A DNA stretch of 64,000 nucleotides from Candidatus Acidiferrales bacterium (GCA_031296075.1 JARLGK010000046.1:13274-77273), one strand, 5' to 3'; numbered from the stretch's first letter, positions 16,720-26,526 are shown. The notes: generated from the sequence alone by a model not told the origin. Translations and numbers: made by a program.

Positions 16720-17823
16720 TTAGGCCCAGAGCACGCGCCAGCCAAGGTTGAAAATCGCGGAGGCCCCGAGCGCGTCCGACGCGGAGTCGCCGGTGTGAAC
16801 CGAGGTCAATTTCGCGAAAAGACCGGGATTCGCAGCGAAGAGCCGCAGCACCCTGCGACGCAGCGCCACGCTCGAGTTCATCCAAAGCAGGAGTTGCGTC
16901 ATGCGCACGGCCGGGCCGGTGATGCGACGGTGAGCGACTTCGTACTCGCGCAGATCGCCCGCGGCGAGCGCCTCGGCAAGTTCAATGGCCTGCTGGAACG
17001 CGAGGCTCAGCCCCTGCCCCGAGATGGAATCCACCGTACAGCTCGAATCTCCCACCAGCGCCACCGATCCGCGAACGACGGCGCGCGCCCTGCCAAACGA
17101 CGCAACCGCTCCGGCCTCGGATGAAAGCGGCTGGGCGCCGCGAAGGCGCCGGGCAATCGCGGGAAATTGATCGAAGGCGCGATCCATTCGCAAGCGCGAA
17201 TCGTCCACGAAGAGCGAAACACATATCTCACCCGCGCCGGTGGGAGTCACAACCATCTGCGATCTCTTGCCCCAATGCACCTCGACGAAATTGGTCCAGG
17301 GCGCGACCGCATAGTGACGGCGAAAACCGAAACGAGACCGATCCGGACGCCGCGAAACCAGTTCCGCGAACTGGCGGACGCTCGAATGTTGGCCATCGGC
17401 GCCGATGAGCCATTTGCACGGAAAGAATCGGCCGTTGACGCAAGCACCGTGCGAATCAAAACGCGAAATCCGCGCGCCCCACTCAAGGGAAACTCCCGTT
17501 TCGATCGCGCGGTCAATCAAGAGCTGGTGCAACGCGGTGCGACGCAGGCCCAAGGCGTGTCCATTGGGAATCCTTGCGCTGACCGAAGAAGTTTCATCTG
17601 TGAAGCGGAAGCCCTCAAAGGGAAAACCGGGGCCGGAATCAAGATCGATTCCGAGCTGGCGCAAAGCCGCCACCGCCTGAGGAAGCAAACCCTCACCACA
17701 AGGTTTGTTGATGGGAGGCTTTCTGGAATCAACGACCGTTACCCGGAAGTTCTTCAGGCTGGCCGCAATCGCCGCGGCCAGTCCGGCCGGCCCTCCACCG
17801 ACGACCAGAACATCAGGCCGCAA
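16720..17823 (-). CDS. FAD-dependent oxidoreductase, geranylgeranyl-reductase-like family
   Basis: DVLVVGGGPAGLAAAIAA dinucleotide-binding motif followed by KPCGEGL. ..LIGADGQHSSVR.. and ..ALVGDSSCTVDSISGQGLSLA.. (GD motif). Confidence 0.82.
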   Translation of the reverse strand: MRPDVLVVGGGPAGLAAAIAASLKNFRVTVVDSRKPPINKPCGEGLLPQAVAALRQLGIDLDSGPGFPFEGFRFTDETSSVSARIPNGHALGLRRTALHQLLIDRAIETGVSLEWGARISRFDSHGACVNGRFFPCKWLIGADGQHSSVRQFAELVSRRPDRSRFGFRRHYAVAPWTNFVEVHWGKRSQMVVTPTGAGEICVSLFVDDSRLRMDRAFDQFPAIARRLRGAQPLSSEAGAVASFGRARAVVRGSVALVGDSSCTVDSISGQGLSLAFQQAIELAEALAAGDLREYEVAHRRITGPAVRMTQLLLWMNSSVALRRRVLRLFAANPGLFAKLTSVHTGDSASDALGASAIFNLGWRVLWA

Positions 17824-17844
17824 TGTGGGACCCTCCGATGCTTT

Positions 17845-18897
17845 CTACCAGCGCAAGAGAAGCATCTCCGAGCAGAATCCGGGGCCCATGGCGGCGAGAA
17901 TACTCAGCGATCCAGGCTCCGGACGCCGATGCCGGTAAACATCCTCGAGAACGAGAAGGACGGACGTGGATGAAATGTTGCCCACCTTGCGTAAACATTC
18001 CCACGACGCCTCCAGATCCTTTTCCGTAAGGTCCAGCGCCGTAGCGGTGGCTTCGAGCACCTTCGGGCCACCGGTGTGCATGATCCAGCTCTGGATATCG
18101 CTTCGACGGTAACCTTGCTCCGCGAGAAACTCGTCCACATCCTGGCCCAGATGCTTCACCACCGTATCCGGAACTTCCGGTGACAGTACGATGTGAAAAC
18201 CCTTCTCGGAGATGTCCCAGCCCATCACGCGCTCGGTATTCGGGTAGAAGACGGACTTGGTGGCCAGGATTTCCGGCCCGTCCGATTCCACTTCATCTCC
18301 AACTACGACGGCCGCGGCGGCGCCGTCGCCAAAGAGCATCGCCGAGATCAGGTGCGCCATCGAAATGTCGTCCCGCTGGAGCGTGAGAGAACACAGCTCG
18401 ACGGACAACAGCGCGGCCGATTGATCCGGATAGGCGCGAACATAGTCGGCGGCCCGGGAAATTCCCGCGGCGCCGGCCACACAGCCAAGCCCGAAGATCG
18501 GGATACGCCTGATATTCGGCGACAGGCCCATGCGATTGATGAGCCGCGCGTCCAGCGACGGTGCCGCTATTCCAGTTACCGATGTAACGAAAATCGCGCC
18601 CAGGTCCCGCGGCTCGACTCCCGCGCCGACTAGCGCGTGGCACAGTGCTTTCTCGCCCAGCTCCAGCCCCATCTCGATCCAGACGTTGTTGGCCTCGCCC
18701 CACGTCTGCATCTGATTGTGGTAAAAATCGAGCGGGCGCACGGTGAACCGCCCATCCACCTTCATGCTCTCATCCAGGCGGTCGAGAATTCCCGGCTGAA
18801 CCAGACGATCCTTCCAATAGGCCTTGAGTGCGCCGACGAGAACTTCCTGTTTGTGGTAATACTTGGGAAAAGCGCTAGCGACTCCGGCGATTCTCAT
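17845..18897 (-). CDS. Type III polyketide synthase (chalcone/stilbene synthase superfamily)
   Basis: Catalytic-triad contexts FGLGCVAGAAG (Cys), IMHTGGPKVL (His) and VGNISSTSVL (Asn). ATG at 18897 (MRIAGVASAFPK) has GAGGAG 8 nt upstream. The longer ORF to 18945 lacks an RBS. Confidence 0.88.
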   Translation of the reverse strand: MRIAGVASAFPKYYHKQEVLVGALKAYWKDRLVQPGILDRLDESMKVDGRFTVRPLDFYHNQMQTWGEANNVWIEMGLELGEKALCHALVGAGVEPRDLGAIFVTSVTGIAAPSLDARLINRMGLSPNIRRIPIFGLGCVAGAAGISRAADYVRAYPDQSAALLSVELCSLTLQRDDISMAHLISAMLFGDGAAAAVVVGDEVESDGPEILATKSVFYPNTERVMGWDISEKGFHIVLSPEVPDTVVKHLGQDVDEFLAEQGYRRSDIQSWIMHTGGPKVLEATATALDLTEKDLEASWECLRKVGNISSTSVLLVLEDVYRHRRPEPGSLSILAAMGPGFCSEMLLLRW

Positions 18898-19142
18898 GAA
18901 TGCAGCTCCTCGGGCATCCGCCCGTGCGGAGGGCATCAAACTCATAAACGCAGATCGAGTGCATTTTCATCCCGATCGGTTGAATTTGGCCCCTTATTTG
19001 AATCTGAAGAACCCTTGCAACGTTCGAGCGCCCTTCTCAAGCGAGTCGGCGACGAGCGCCTCGTTCGACCCCGGCTCAAGCGATTCCTACATTAGCCGAT
19101 AACATCCGGCGGCCGTCCTGTGGCGTTGACGGGAATGCTCAT

Positions 19143-20960
19143 CTAATACCTACGTCCGACACTGGGTTGTGAGTCCGCCGTTGGCGGGATGCGAGAGAGG
19201 CCACGGTAAAGATACGCTGCGCAACCCAAAGAACTGCCGAGAAGCAGAACTCCAAACCGACCCGAAAGCAAGCAAATCTTTCCCACGCCGAACAGTGCGC
19301 AATATACCATGGCGCAGCCCACAATCCAGTCCCGAAGATTGCGCCCAAGGTCGTGAACCGGCACCACTTCGGGGGCGAATTGAGCGATGGGTCCCCACCC
19401 CAACACGTCCGGGCGGACGCGCCCGTAGAACCGCACGAGCGTGTCGCGAGGTTCAGCGGGCGTCAGCAACGTGACGAGCACCCACGCGTCCGTCGTGACC
19501 AACGTGGTGACCAGCATCTGCTTCGCGAAGACGGCGGGTTCGGAGCCGTGAAAAGGAGCCACCCAACGAATCGAAAGGGAAACGATGAGAGCCGTGGTCA
19601 TCGCAGCGATTTCACTCCAGGCATTCACACGCCACCAATACCAGCGCAGCAGATAGACGCTGCCGGTTCCTGCGCCGACCTCAAGCAGCACTTCCCAGCC
19701 AGAACGGATCGTGGCGAGCTCCCAGGAGACGCACGCGGCGAGAACCACGAGCAGGATCGTCACCCAGCGCGAAACCACGACGTAGTGGCGCTCGGGCGCG
19801 GCGCGTCGCACGAATCGCCGGTAGAAATCCGAGACCAGATACGAGCTTCCCCAATTGAGGTGCGTGGCGATTGTGGACATGAAAGCCGCGAGAAATCCGG
19901 CGACGAGGAGCCCGCGTGTGGCGCGGGGCAAATGGTCCACGGCAAGCAGGATGTAACCCGCTTCAGGGTGCGCGAGCTGCGGATAAAGAACCACGACCGC
20001 CATCGCCGCCAGGATCCATGGCCAGGTGCGTAGCGCGTAGTGCGCGAAGTTGAACCAGAGAACGGAAAGCAATCCATCGCGCTCGTTGCGCGCGCTGAGG
20101 ATTCGCTGCGCGACGTATCCCCCGCCTCCGGGCTCCGATCCCGGATACCAGAACGCCCACCACTGCACGCCGAGATAGACGCAAAACGTGATGACGGGAA
20201 TGGTCCACAGAGATTCGCTCGCGAACCCGCGCGAGAAATCCGGGAAAAATGAAGTGACGTTGGACGAGCTCGGTCCGGCCGCCGCGTGAAGAGCGTCAAG
20301 TTTCGCGAGAAGCGCGTGCATTCCGCCGGCGGCGGACACGCCGTACCACGCCACCGCGATGACGACGCCCATTTTGAGAACAAACTGAAACAGATCGGTC
20401 CAGAGAACTCCCCAGAGCCCTCCCAGCGCGACATAAATTCCCGTGAATGGGATCAGGAACAAAACGCACAGGGCCAGCGCCGCGCGGTCGCTGATGCCGA
20501 GAACAACGGAGGCGATTGTGGTCATCGCTTTCGTCACCCAGCCGAGGATTACGCAGTTAACCAGGAGGCCAAGGTAGAGCGCCCGAAATCCGCGAAGAAA
20601 AGCGCCAGGTTTGCCGGCGTAGCGCATCTCCGCGAATTCGACGTCCGTCAGGAGACCGGCGCGCACCCATAATCGCGCGAACAAGAAGACGGTCATCATG
20701 CCCGCGGGCAGCATGCTCCACCAAATCCAGTTCCCGGCGATGCCGTTGCGGTAGACGAGGCCCGTGACGACAAGAGGAGTGTCGGCCGCGAAGGTGGTGG
20801 CGACCATAGACGTGCCGATCAGCCACCAGGGGGCGCTCCGCCCGGAAACGAAATAATCCGCGGTGCTGCCGCTCGAGCGGCGCCGAAAATAGAGACCCTG
20901 GATGAGCGTGAACAAAAGATAGGACGCGACGACAACCCAATCGGTGAGAGCTAGTTTCAT
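19143..20960 (-). CDS. Sodium:solute symporter (SSS) family transporter
   Basis: 605 aa, polytopic. N-terminal YFVSGRSAPWWLIGTSMVATTFAADTPLVVTG is the SSS signature region. Substrate unknown. Confidence 0.85.
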   Translation of the reverse strand: MKLALTDWVVVASYLLFTLIQGLYFRRRSSGSTADYFVSGRSAPWWLIGTSMVATTFAADTPLVVTGLVYRNGIAGNWIWWSMLPAGMMTVFLFARLWVRAGLLTDVEFAEMRYAGKPGAFLRGFRALYLGLLVNCVILGWVTKAMTTIASVVLGISDRAALALCVLFLIPFTGIYVALGGLWGVLWTDLFQFVLKMGVVIAVAWYGVSAAGGMHALLAKLDALHAAAGPSSSNVTSFFPDFSRGFASESLWTIPVITFCVYLGVQWWAFWYPGSEPGGGGYVAQRILSARNERDGLLSVLWFNFAHYALRTWPWILAAMAVVVLYPQLAHPEAGYILLAVDHLPRATRGLLVAGFLAAFMSTIATHLNWGSSYLVSDFYRRFVRRAAPERHYVVVSRWVTILLVVLAACVSWELATIRSGWEVLLEVGAGTGSVYLLRWYWWRVNAWSEIAAMTTALIVSLSIRWVAPFHGSEPAVFAKQMLVTTLVTTDAWVLVTLLTPAEPRDTLVRFYGRVRPDVLGWGPIAQFAPEVVPVHDLGRNLRDWIVGCAMVYCALFGVGKICLLSGRFGVLLLGSSLGCAAYLYRGLSRIPPTADSQPSVGRRY

Positions 20961-21146
20961 ACTCCGCGCAGGGCGCGGCCTAGTGTGTTCGAGGATGCAG
21001 CAAGAGTCAAAGAGAATGCTGAACGGAAATTACGGATGTCCAAAAGAAAAACCCCGGATCTGAGGGGAGCAGATCCGGGGGTCGGGGCACTGAGAGAGAC
21101 AACTGGGCCGACAAACTTTTTGAGGGCTGACTTCCCGCGAATGGCG

Positions 21147-21335
21147 CTAGTAGTTCAGGTGCCGCAGGAACATCGTCAGCCGGAACACCAACTGCATGCT
21201 AAGAACGATGAGCGTGTCGCGAATCGCCGCCACTTTCTCTGCGATCGAGATGTTCTCGAATCCGCCAGTGCTAGCCATCTCGGCGACTGTGTCGCCGCGA
21301 TCCGCGTTCCAATCGTTGCCGGTGAGTGCGCTCAC
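21147..21335 (-). CDS. Small hypothetical protein (62 aa) with C-terminal hydrophobic helix
   Basis: GTG start at 21335 lies 5-6 nt after AGAGGA, which overlaps the TAG of the upstream small ORF. C-terminus IRDTLIVLSMQLVFRLTMFL looks like a TM helix. No recognisable family. Confidence 0.4.
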   Translation of the reverse strand: MSALTGNDWNADRGDTVAEMASTGGFENISIAEKVAAIRDTLIVLSMQLVFRLTMFLRHLNY

Positions 21336-21344
21336 GACATTCCT

Positions 21345-21551
21345 CTAGTTGAGAACATAAACGGGGTTGTCGTGCTCGACGCCAACCACCATGGTCTTGA
21401 AAATGTCCACATCCCAGCTGTCGGCGATGCGCAATCGGACGACTTCGCTGGTCTCGGACAGCAACCGCCCGCGGAGCGGTACGCGAAGAGTTCCTGCAAC
21501 CACTCGAAGAATCACCGGCTGCCCCATCCAGACTTCATATCCACCTTGCAT
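21345..21551 (-). CDS. Small hypothetical protein (68 aa), beta-rich
   Basis: ATG at 21551 lies 8 nt after a strong GAGGAGG. Sequence MQGGYEVWMGQPVILRVVAGTLRVPLRGRLLSETSEVVRLRIADSWDVDIFKTMVVGVEHDNPVYVLN has a non-random alternating pattern. No family recognised. Confidence 0.5.
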   Translation of the reverse strand: MQGGYEVWMGQPVILRVVAGTLRVPLRGRLLSETSEVVRLRIADSWDVDIFKTMVVGVEHDNPVYVLN

Positions 21552-21761
21552 CGTCGTGGCCTCCTCAGATTGTGTGCCTCGAACAATTGGATTCTCGAAC
21601 GGGGGGACAACCTGACCAATGGTACAGGGGGCTAAGAATGGTAGGATCGAAGTACTATAACGAAGCAGGTCGGCCGATACAGAGGCCGATGGCGTTTTTG
21701 CTATTGTAAATGCTGGAGTTAGGGGCGGAGAGTCGAACCACTAGGACGAGAATTCAAGCTC

Positions 21762-22418
21762 ATGATCGAAATCCTTCGTCATTTGCTGTCTCAACTATAC
21801 GACGTCCGCGGGCTCATCGAATGGGGCGGAACGGTCCTGGTATGCGCGATCGTTTTCATCGAAACGGGAATGTTCGTGGGGTTTTTTCTGCCCGGCGATT
21901 CCCTGCTGGTGACGGCAGGCGTGTTTGCAGGGGCAGGACACATGAAGCTGGCCCCGCTACTTTCGCTCGTGACCTTATGCTCGATTGCCGGCGACCAGTT
22001 GGGCTACCTGATCGGCCGGAAAGCAGGCGCGAACCTTTATCGACGCGAAGACTCGCGGTTCTTCAAGAAGAAGCACCTCGAGCGTGCGCACGAGTTCTAC
22101 GAAAAGTTCGGCGGGAAGACGATTGTCATTGCGCGGTTCATTCCAATCATCCGAACGTTCTGTCCGCCGGTCGCCGGAGCGGCGAAAATGAGCTACGCGC
22201 GCTATCTGGCATACGACGTTGTCGGCGGGTTCCTCTGGGTATGGAGCATGGTGCTGGTGGGATATACGCTTGGGCGAACGGTTCCGAACGTTGACAAGCG
22301 AATTCACTACATCATCGGCGTGGTAATCGTAGTCTCGTTGATGCCCGCGGCGTATCACGCCTGGAAGGCGCGCCGCTCCAACGCGACGACCTCTGTGAAG
22401 AGCACCCTAGCGGAATAG
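21762..22418 (+). CDS. DedA-family inner-membrane protein
   Basis: FLPGDSLLVTAGVFAG.., GDQLGYLIGRKAG, FFKKKHLERAHEFYEKFGGKTIVIARFIPIIRTFCPPVAGAAKMSY are classic DedA/SNARE-associated blocks. Confidence 0.88.
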   Translation: MIEILRHLLSQLYDVRGLIEWGGTVLVCAIVFIETGMFVGFFLPGDSLLVTAGVFAGAGHMKLAPLLSLVTLCSIAGDQLGYLIGRKAGANLYRREDSRFFKKKHLERAHEFYEKFGGKTIVIARFIPIIRTFCPPVAGAAKMSYARYLAYDVVGGFLWVWSMVLVGYTLGRTVPNVDKRIHYIIGVVIVVSLMPAAYHAWKARRSNATTSVKSTLAE

Positions 22419-22721
22419 GGATCCAAGACCGCTGTTAATGCAAGACGGGGAACCTGGCAGCTCCCCGCCTTGTTCACTCGCTAGGCCGCAGCGGAGCTGA
22501 AAGCCTCGCCAACGGTTCGCGTCGCAGGAGCGATGTGACCAACGGAGTCGAGGAAAAATGCCCGGCGGAGTCGTGCCTCCCCGTGCATTGGCTCCCACGA
22601 AGGCACTCATACGCCCGTCACAGGTCCTGCGCAAGCAGAAAATCTCGCAGCGAAGGTCGACTCAGATGCGTCCCCGAAACCGTCGTCCGCGGTCCAATCT
22701 GACGCCAACCTGGCTTGCTTA

Positions 22722-24971
22722 TCAGAACTGCCGCGCGAGGATGCCGGTCGCTATCGGAGTCGCGTCCTGATCGAACAGCAGCGCCGTATTGTCGTCGATC
22801 AGATAATAAATTAGCTTGAAGGTCGATGCCGGATTCGACGTGGCCAGGGTCGCGGTGCCTCGGCCATTTGCGGCAGGCGCACCGACCGAACTGCCCGTAG
22901 CGGTAATCGGATCCGAAAGCGAGACCGCGCTGAAAATGTTGATGTCGAGATTTCCGCCGGTGATCGCCGTTGTGCTCAGCGTGACTTGTCCGGATGCATC
23001 CGGTTGGTACAAAGAGGCGTCATTGTGGAATATGCCTTGGCCGGTTAATCCGATCGCGAAACTTCCGCCCAGCAGCGAGACGGCCGCGGAACACGCTGCC
23101 GCTGGCGGCACACACTGCTGGTAGGCCGTGCCTGTGGACAGCGCATTGGAATCGATTTCGAGCATCAAAGCCGTTCCTTGCGATGTCTGGTAGACCGCGA
23201 ATTCGTTGGTGCTGGAATTCGGCAACGACGGGCAAGCGCCCGTGCCGGTAAACATCTTGAGATCGATTCGGCCGGTGGTCGCGTCCGTGGTGTACGACGA
23301 ACATGAGTTGATCGTCGGACCACTATTGTACGAGCCGCCGCTATTGCCGTCGAAAATGCCCGCGGAAATGCCGCCATTCCCGCCTGAAGTGAAGACTCCT
23401 CCCGCAGCGTAGGCCCCGAGGACCGAAGGCTTCCCGGAGACGGGAACCATGGTGTTCCCGCCGCCGGTGAAAACGTAATTGCCGGCTGTCAGCGCCGCAG
23501 GTCCGGCCGGCGCGCTGAACATGTCTCCCGCGACGTACGCTTTCCTATCGATCTCGATCAGATGCAGCCGCGTGACGAAGTCAGGGCCGTTCGGATTGGC
23601 GGGAGCATCCACGCCGTAAAACGCGTACAGGCGCGAACCCGTGGTGTTGCTTATGAGCGTAATTGTCCCGCGCCCGGTTCCGCTGAATACCGGATCGAAC
23701 TGATACGTGCCGTGAAGCGACGTGTCGCTGGTCGTCACCGTGCCGCTGGAGATGCCATTATCGTTGACGTCGAGAATCGTATTCGTCTCCGCGATTCCCC
23801 CGGCGCCATCCGCCGCGAATTTTCCCGCCATTCCCAAAGCGTTGAAACCGGCGTCGGCGCCCAACAGGCTGAATACGTAGTGCCCCGTAATCACCGATGC
23901 GGAATTCGAGACGGCATCCAGGCTCTGCTGGTCAATCGTTCCGCCGCCAGTGGTATTCGCGTCGAACAGAGTCATCTGACCGTGCTGGCTGGTCGTCAGC
24001 GCAAATTGCCATGTATCGGGTCCTTGCCCGGTGCTGATCTTCGCGTTGACGCGCCCATCGGGCCCCACCACGTAAGTGCCACTGAGGGAAACCTGGGTCG
24101 CGACTCCCGTCAGAAAGCTGTCCACGTCTTCGACGCCGCTGAGAATCTTGCCATTGCCGTCCGCGACAAAACTTCCCGCCACAGCCAGGAAACCAGACTG
24201 GTCATTCCCAGTGTAGGAAAACGCGTAGGGTCCGTTAAGAGAATGATCGGAATAAACAATCGTCACGGTGGACGTCGCCGGAGCGGTGGCGGCAGGGTCC
24301 GTGGCCGTGACGGTGATCGTGGCGCCCGGCGGAGGACTCAGCGGCGCCGTGTAGACGCCGCTGGAATCGATCGAGCCATAAATCGCTGTGTCGGTTGACG
24401 GCGTAACTGTCCAAGTCGCATTGTTGTCCGTCAAGCCGTTCAGCAACGCGGAAAACTGATGAATGCCACCCGCCGGAACCGTCACGGAGGTCGGAGTCAC
24501 TGTGAGACCCGAGCCGGCTCCTACGGTGACGATGGCGGTGTTGGACGTAACCGTGGGAGACGTCGTAGTCGTGCTGGTGGTCTGCGTGGCCACGGCGGTG
24601 ATACTCACTTGACCCACCTGCGTGACTCCAGGAGTGGCGGTGGTCGGCACCGACCCCGGCGCCGTATACACGCCCAGCAACTGATTGTCGGTCGAGGGCA
24701 CAATCGAACCCACGGTCGCCAGGTTTCCGTTCGCGATACCGTTTACTTCCCACGTGACGGTGGTGGTCGTCGAAGTTGACGTGTCGGACAGATTAACGAC
24801 AGCGGTGAATTGAGTGGTGGTATTCAGCGGGACCGTGATCGTTGTGGGCGTGATCGCCACCGACGTCACGGTGGTCGTACCGCTGCCACTACCGCCGCAG
24901 CCCTGCAGGCTCCAGACGCCAACCAGCATCAGCGCAATCAGGGCGAGAGCACGAGTTCCCGCCGACGGCAT
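22722..24971 (-). CDS. Large lipoprotein with N-terminal Ig-like (Big_2-type) domains and repeated Gly-rich C-terminal modules
   Basis: Lipobox MPSAGTRALALIALMLVGVWSLQGC at Met95 of the ORF. VTSVAITPTTITVPLNTTTQFTAVV, VTWEVNG and LTVTPTSVTVPAGGIHQFSALL are Ig-like. Later recurring G.Y.F...G......AG.F..DG.GGI motifs. Confidence 0.75.
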   Translation of the reverse strand: MPSAGTRALALIALMLVGVWSLQGCGGSGSGTTTVTSVAITPTTITVPLNTTTQFTAVVNLSDTSTSTTTTVTWEVNGIANGNLATVGSIVPSTDNQLLGVYTAPGSVPTTATPGVTQVGQVSITAVATQTTSTTTTSPTVTSNTAIVTVGAGSGLTVTPTSVTVPAGGIHQFSALLNGLTDNNATWTVTPSTDTAIYGSIDSSGVYTAPLSPPPGATITVTATDPAATAPATSTVTIVYSDHSLNGPYAFSYTGNDQSGFLAVAGSFVADGNGKILSGVEDVDSFLTGVATQVSLSGTYVVGPDGRVNAKISTGQGPDTWQFALTTSQHGQMTLFDANTTGGGTIDQQSLDAVSNSASVITGHYVFSLLGADAGFNALGMAGKFAADGAGGIAETNTILDVNDNGISSGTVTTSDTSLHGTYQFDPVFSGTGRGTITLISNTTGSRLYAFYGVDAPANPNGPDFVTRLHLIEIDRKAYVAGDMFSAPAGPAALTAGNYVFTGGGNTMVPVSGKPSVLGAYAAGGVFTSGGNGGISAGIFDGNSGGSYNSGPTINSCSSYTTDATTGRIDLKMFTGTGACPSLPNSSTNEFAVYQTSQGTALMLEIDSNALSTGTAYQQCVPPAAACSAAVSLLGGSFAIGLTGQGIFHNDASLYQPDASGQVTLSTTAITGGNLDINIFSAVSLSDPITATGSSVGAPAANGRGTATLATSNPASTFKLIYYLIDDNTALLFDQDATPIATGILARQF

Positions 24972-25294
24972 ATGCCGCCCGTCGCACGGACGGCGAACGC
25001 TCCTTGCCGAATTGCTCTTTCCGATCGCGCTCGCCATCTGCATAGCCTTCAGGCTGTTCATCGAGAAGTCGTCTCCCAGGGGGATGAAAGGGTGTAGGAT
25101 CATTCCGCATCGACGGAAAAAAGTTCCATTTTCTTCAGGAACGGCTGTGGCGGGCAAGCTCCGCACGGATCTGATGACATACAGGCCAGCCCACCCCCGA
25201 TTGCTGCAAACACCCGGATAGGAAGATGTAAATGCAGGAGATTTGGTTGTCACGCACCCCCCGGCGTTTCTTGGGCCGACCCGGAGGGAAATTC

Positions 25295-25996
25295 CTACTT
25301 GAGGAAGAGGCCTTCGCGAACCTGATCGCGGCCGACGAAGGTCTTCGAGGAACGAAACTCGCCAAATAGGCCCAGGATTTCGCGATTCTGAAATACGTGG
25401 GAATGCACGGCCAGGGTGGGCGCAGCAATAAGTTCCAGGGTCTGGCTATCAACCACGCGATAACGATGAAAACGCTCTGTGGGGCGGCTGTGAAACAACG
25501 CCAGCATCGCTCCGCCGGGATGTAGCAAAAGCGACAGGCGCTCCATCAAGCGGGGCGCCACCTCCGGGTCGAAGTAATCCAGCAGGTCCCAAGCCAGCAC
25601 GCCGTGAAAGCTTCGTTCCGGGTATTGGAGCGCAGTCTCGAGAAACTTATCCGCGAGCACAGCCGGCGATACCCTCTGCGTGTCAGCGCCCACGGGAGCC
25701 GCTCGAAATCCTTCTTCCTCGTCGGTGAGAAAATCTTTCCACACCCGGAGCAGGTCCTCCGTCGAAACGCGATAGCCCTTCTCCACAAAGAAGCTGACCG
25801 TGGATTGCCATACCGGTCCGAGATCGAGGATGCGCCCATGGGGCACGTCGCTAATAAGCCAGAGAAATTCTTTCAGGCCGTTGGAAATACGGAGATTGGC
25901 GGACGGACCGATGGAGACAGCGGGGCCTGGCTTTATCGGCGCCGCGCCGGTCGCCGCACCTGCGGCACCCGGACGGTTTTTTGCCATCCAGTTCAT
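25295..25996 (-). CDS. Class I SAM-methyltransferase-fold protein with degenerate motif I
   Basis: GRILDLGPVWQSTVSFFVEKGYRVSTEDL (motif I position, but not the canonical G.G.G) and FHGVLAWDLLDYFDPEVAPRLMERLSLLLHPGGAMLALF (motifs II/III-like). Confidence 0.6.
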   Translation of the reverse strand: MNWMAKNRPGAAGAATGAAPIKPGPAVSIGPSANLRISNGLKEFLWLISDVPHGRILDLGPVWQSTVSFFVEKGYRVSTEDLLRVWKDFLTDEEEGFRAAPVGADTQRVSPAVLADKFLETALQYPERSFHGVLAWDLLDYFDPEVAPRLMERLSLLLHPGGAMLALFHSRPTERFHRYRVVDSQTLELIAAPTLAVHSHVFQNREILGLFGEFRSSKTFVGRDQVREGLFLK

Positions 25997-26004
25997 GAAT
26001 TACC

Positions 26005-26526
26005 TTACTCGACCTTTACGCTGGCCGCCACCGGCTGAAGAACCTCGGAATCCTGCTCATTCGCGGGAGCCGCGGACTCGCGGGCAGGGCTCGTGCGAAC
26101 GGTTTCCACTTTGCCGCGGAGTCGCGCTCCGTCGTCAATCCCGATGCGCGGCGTGAGAACGCTTCCCGTCACGCGACTGGTAGCGCCGAAATGCGCTCTT
26201 TCTCCGGCCTTCAGGTTTCCCTGCACGGTGCCGTCCACAAAGATTTCGCGGGCCTCAATGTCGGCCTGGACCTTACCATTGGGACCTACAGTCACACGCG
26301 CATTTCCCAGGCGAATCTTACCCAGCACTTCGCCGTCAATGTATAGATCGGAATTCCCCGAGAATTCTCCATTAATTTTCAAGCCCGAGCTGATTTTGGA
26401 CGTAGCCCCACCCGCCGGCGTGGCTGCGGATTCCCTGGCAGGCGCGGACGGAGATACGAGCGGCGCTGACGCAGGCTGGTTATAGGACTGTGAAGACGGC
26501 TTGACCTCTGGCGTTTTACTCCACAT
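26005..26526 (-). CDS. Bactofilin (polymer-forming cytoskeletal protein)
   Basis: KINGEFSGNSDLYIDGEVLGKIRLGNARVTVGPNGKVQADIEAREIFVDGTVQGNLKAGERAHFGATSRVTGSVLTPRIGIDDGARLRGKVE is a beta-helical bactofilin repeat pattern. ATG at 26526 (MWSKTPE) has GGAGG upstream. Pro/Ser-rich N-tail. Confidence 0.85.
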   Translation of the reverse strand: MWSKTPEVKPSSQSYNQPASAPLVSPSAPARESAATPAGGATSKISSGLKINGEFSGNSDLYIDGEVLGKIRLGNARVTVGPNGKVQADIEAREIFVDGTVQGNLKAGERAHFGATSRVTGSVLTPRIGIDDGARLRGKVETVRTSPARESAAPANEQDSEVLQPVAASVKVE

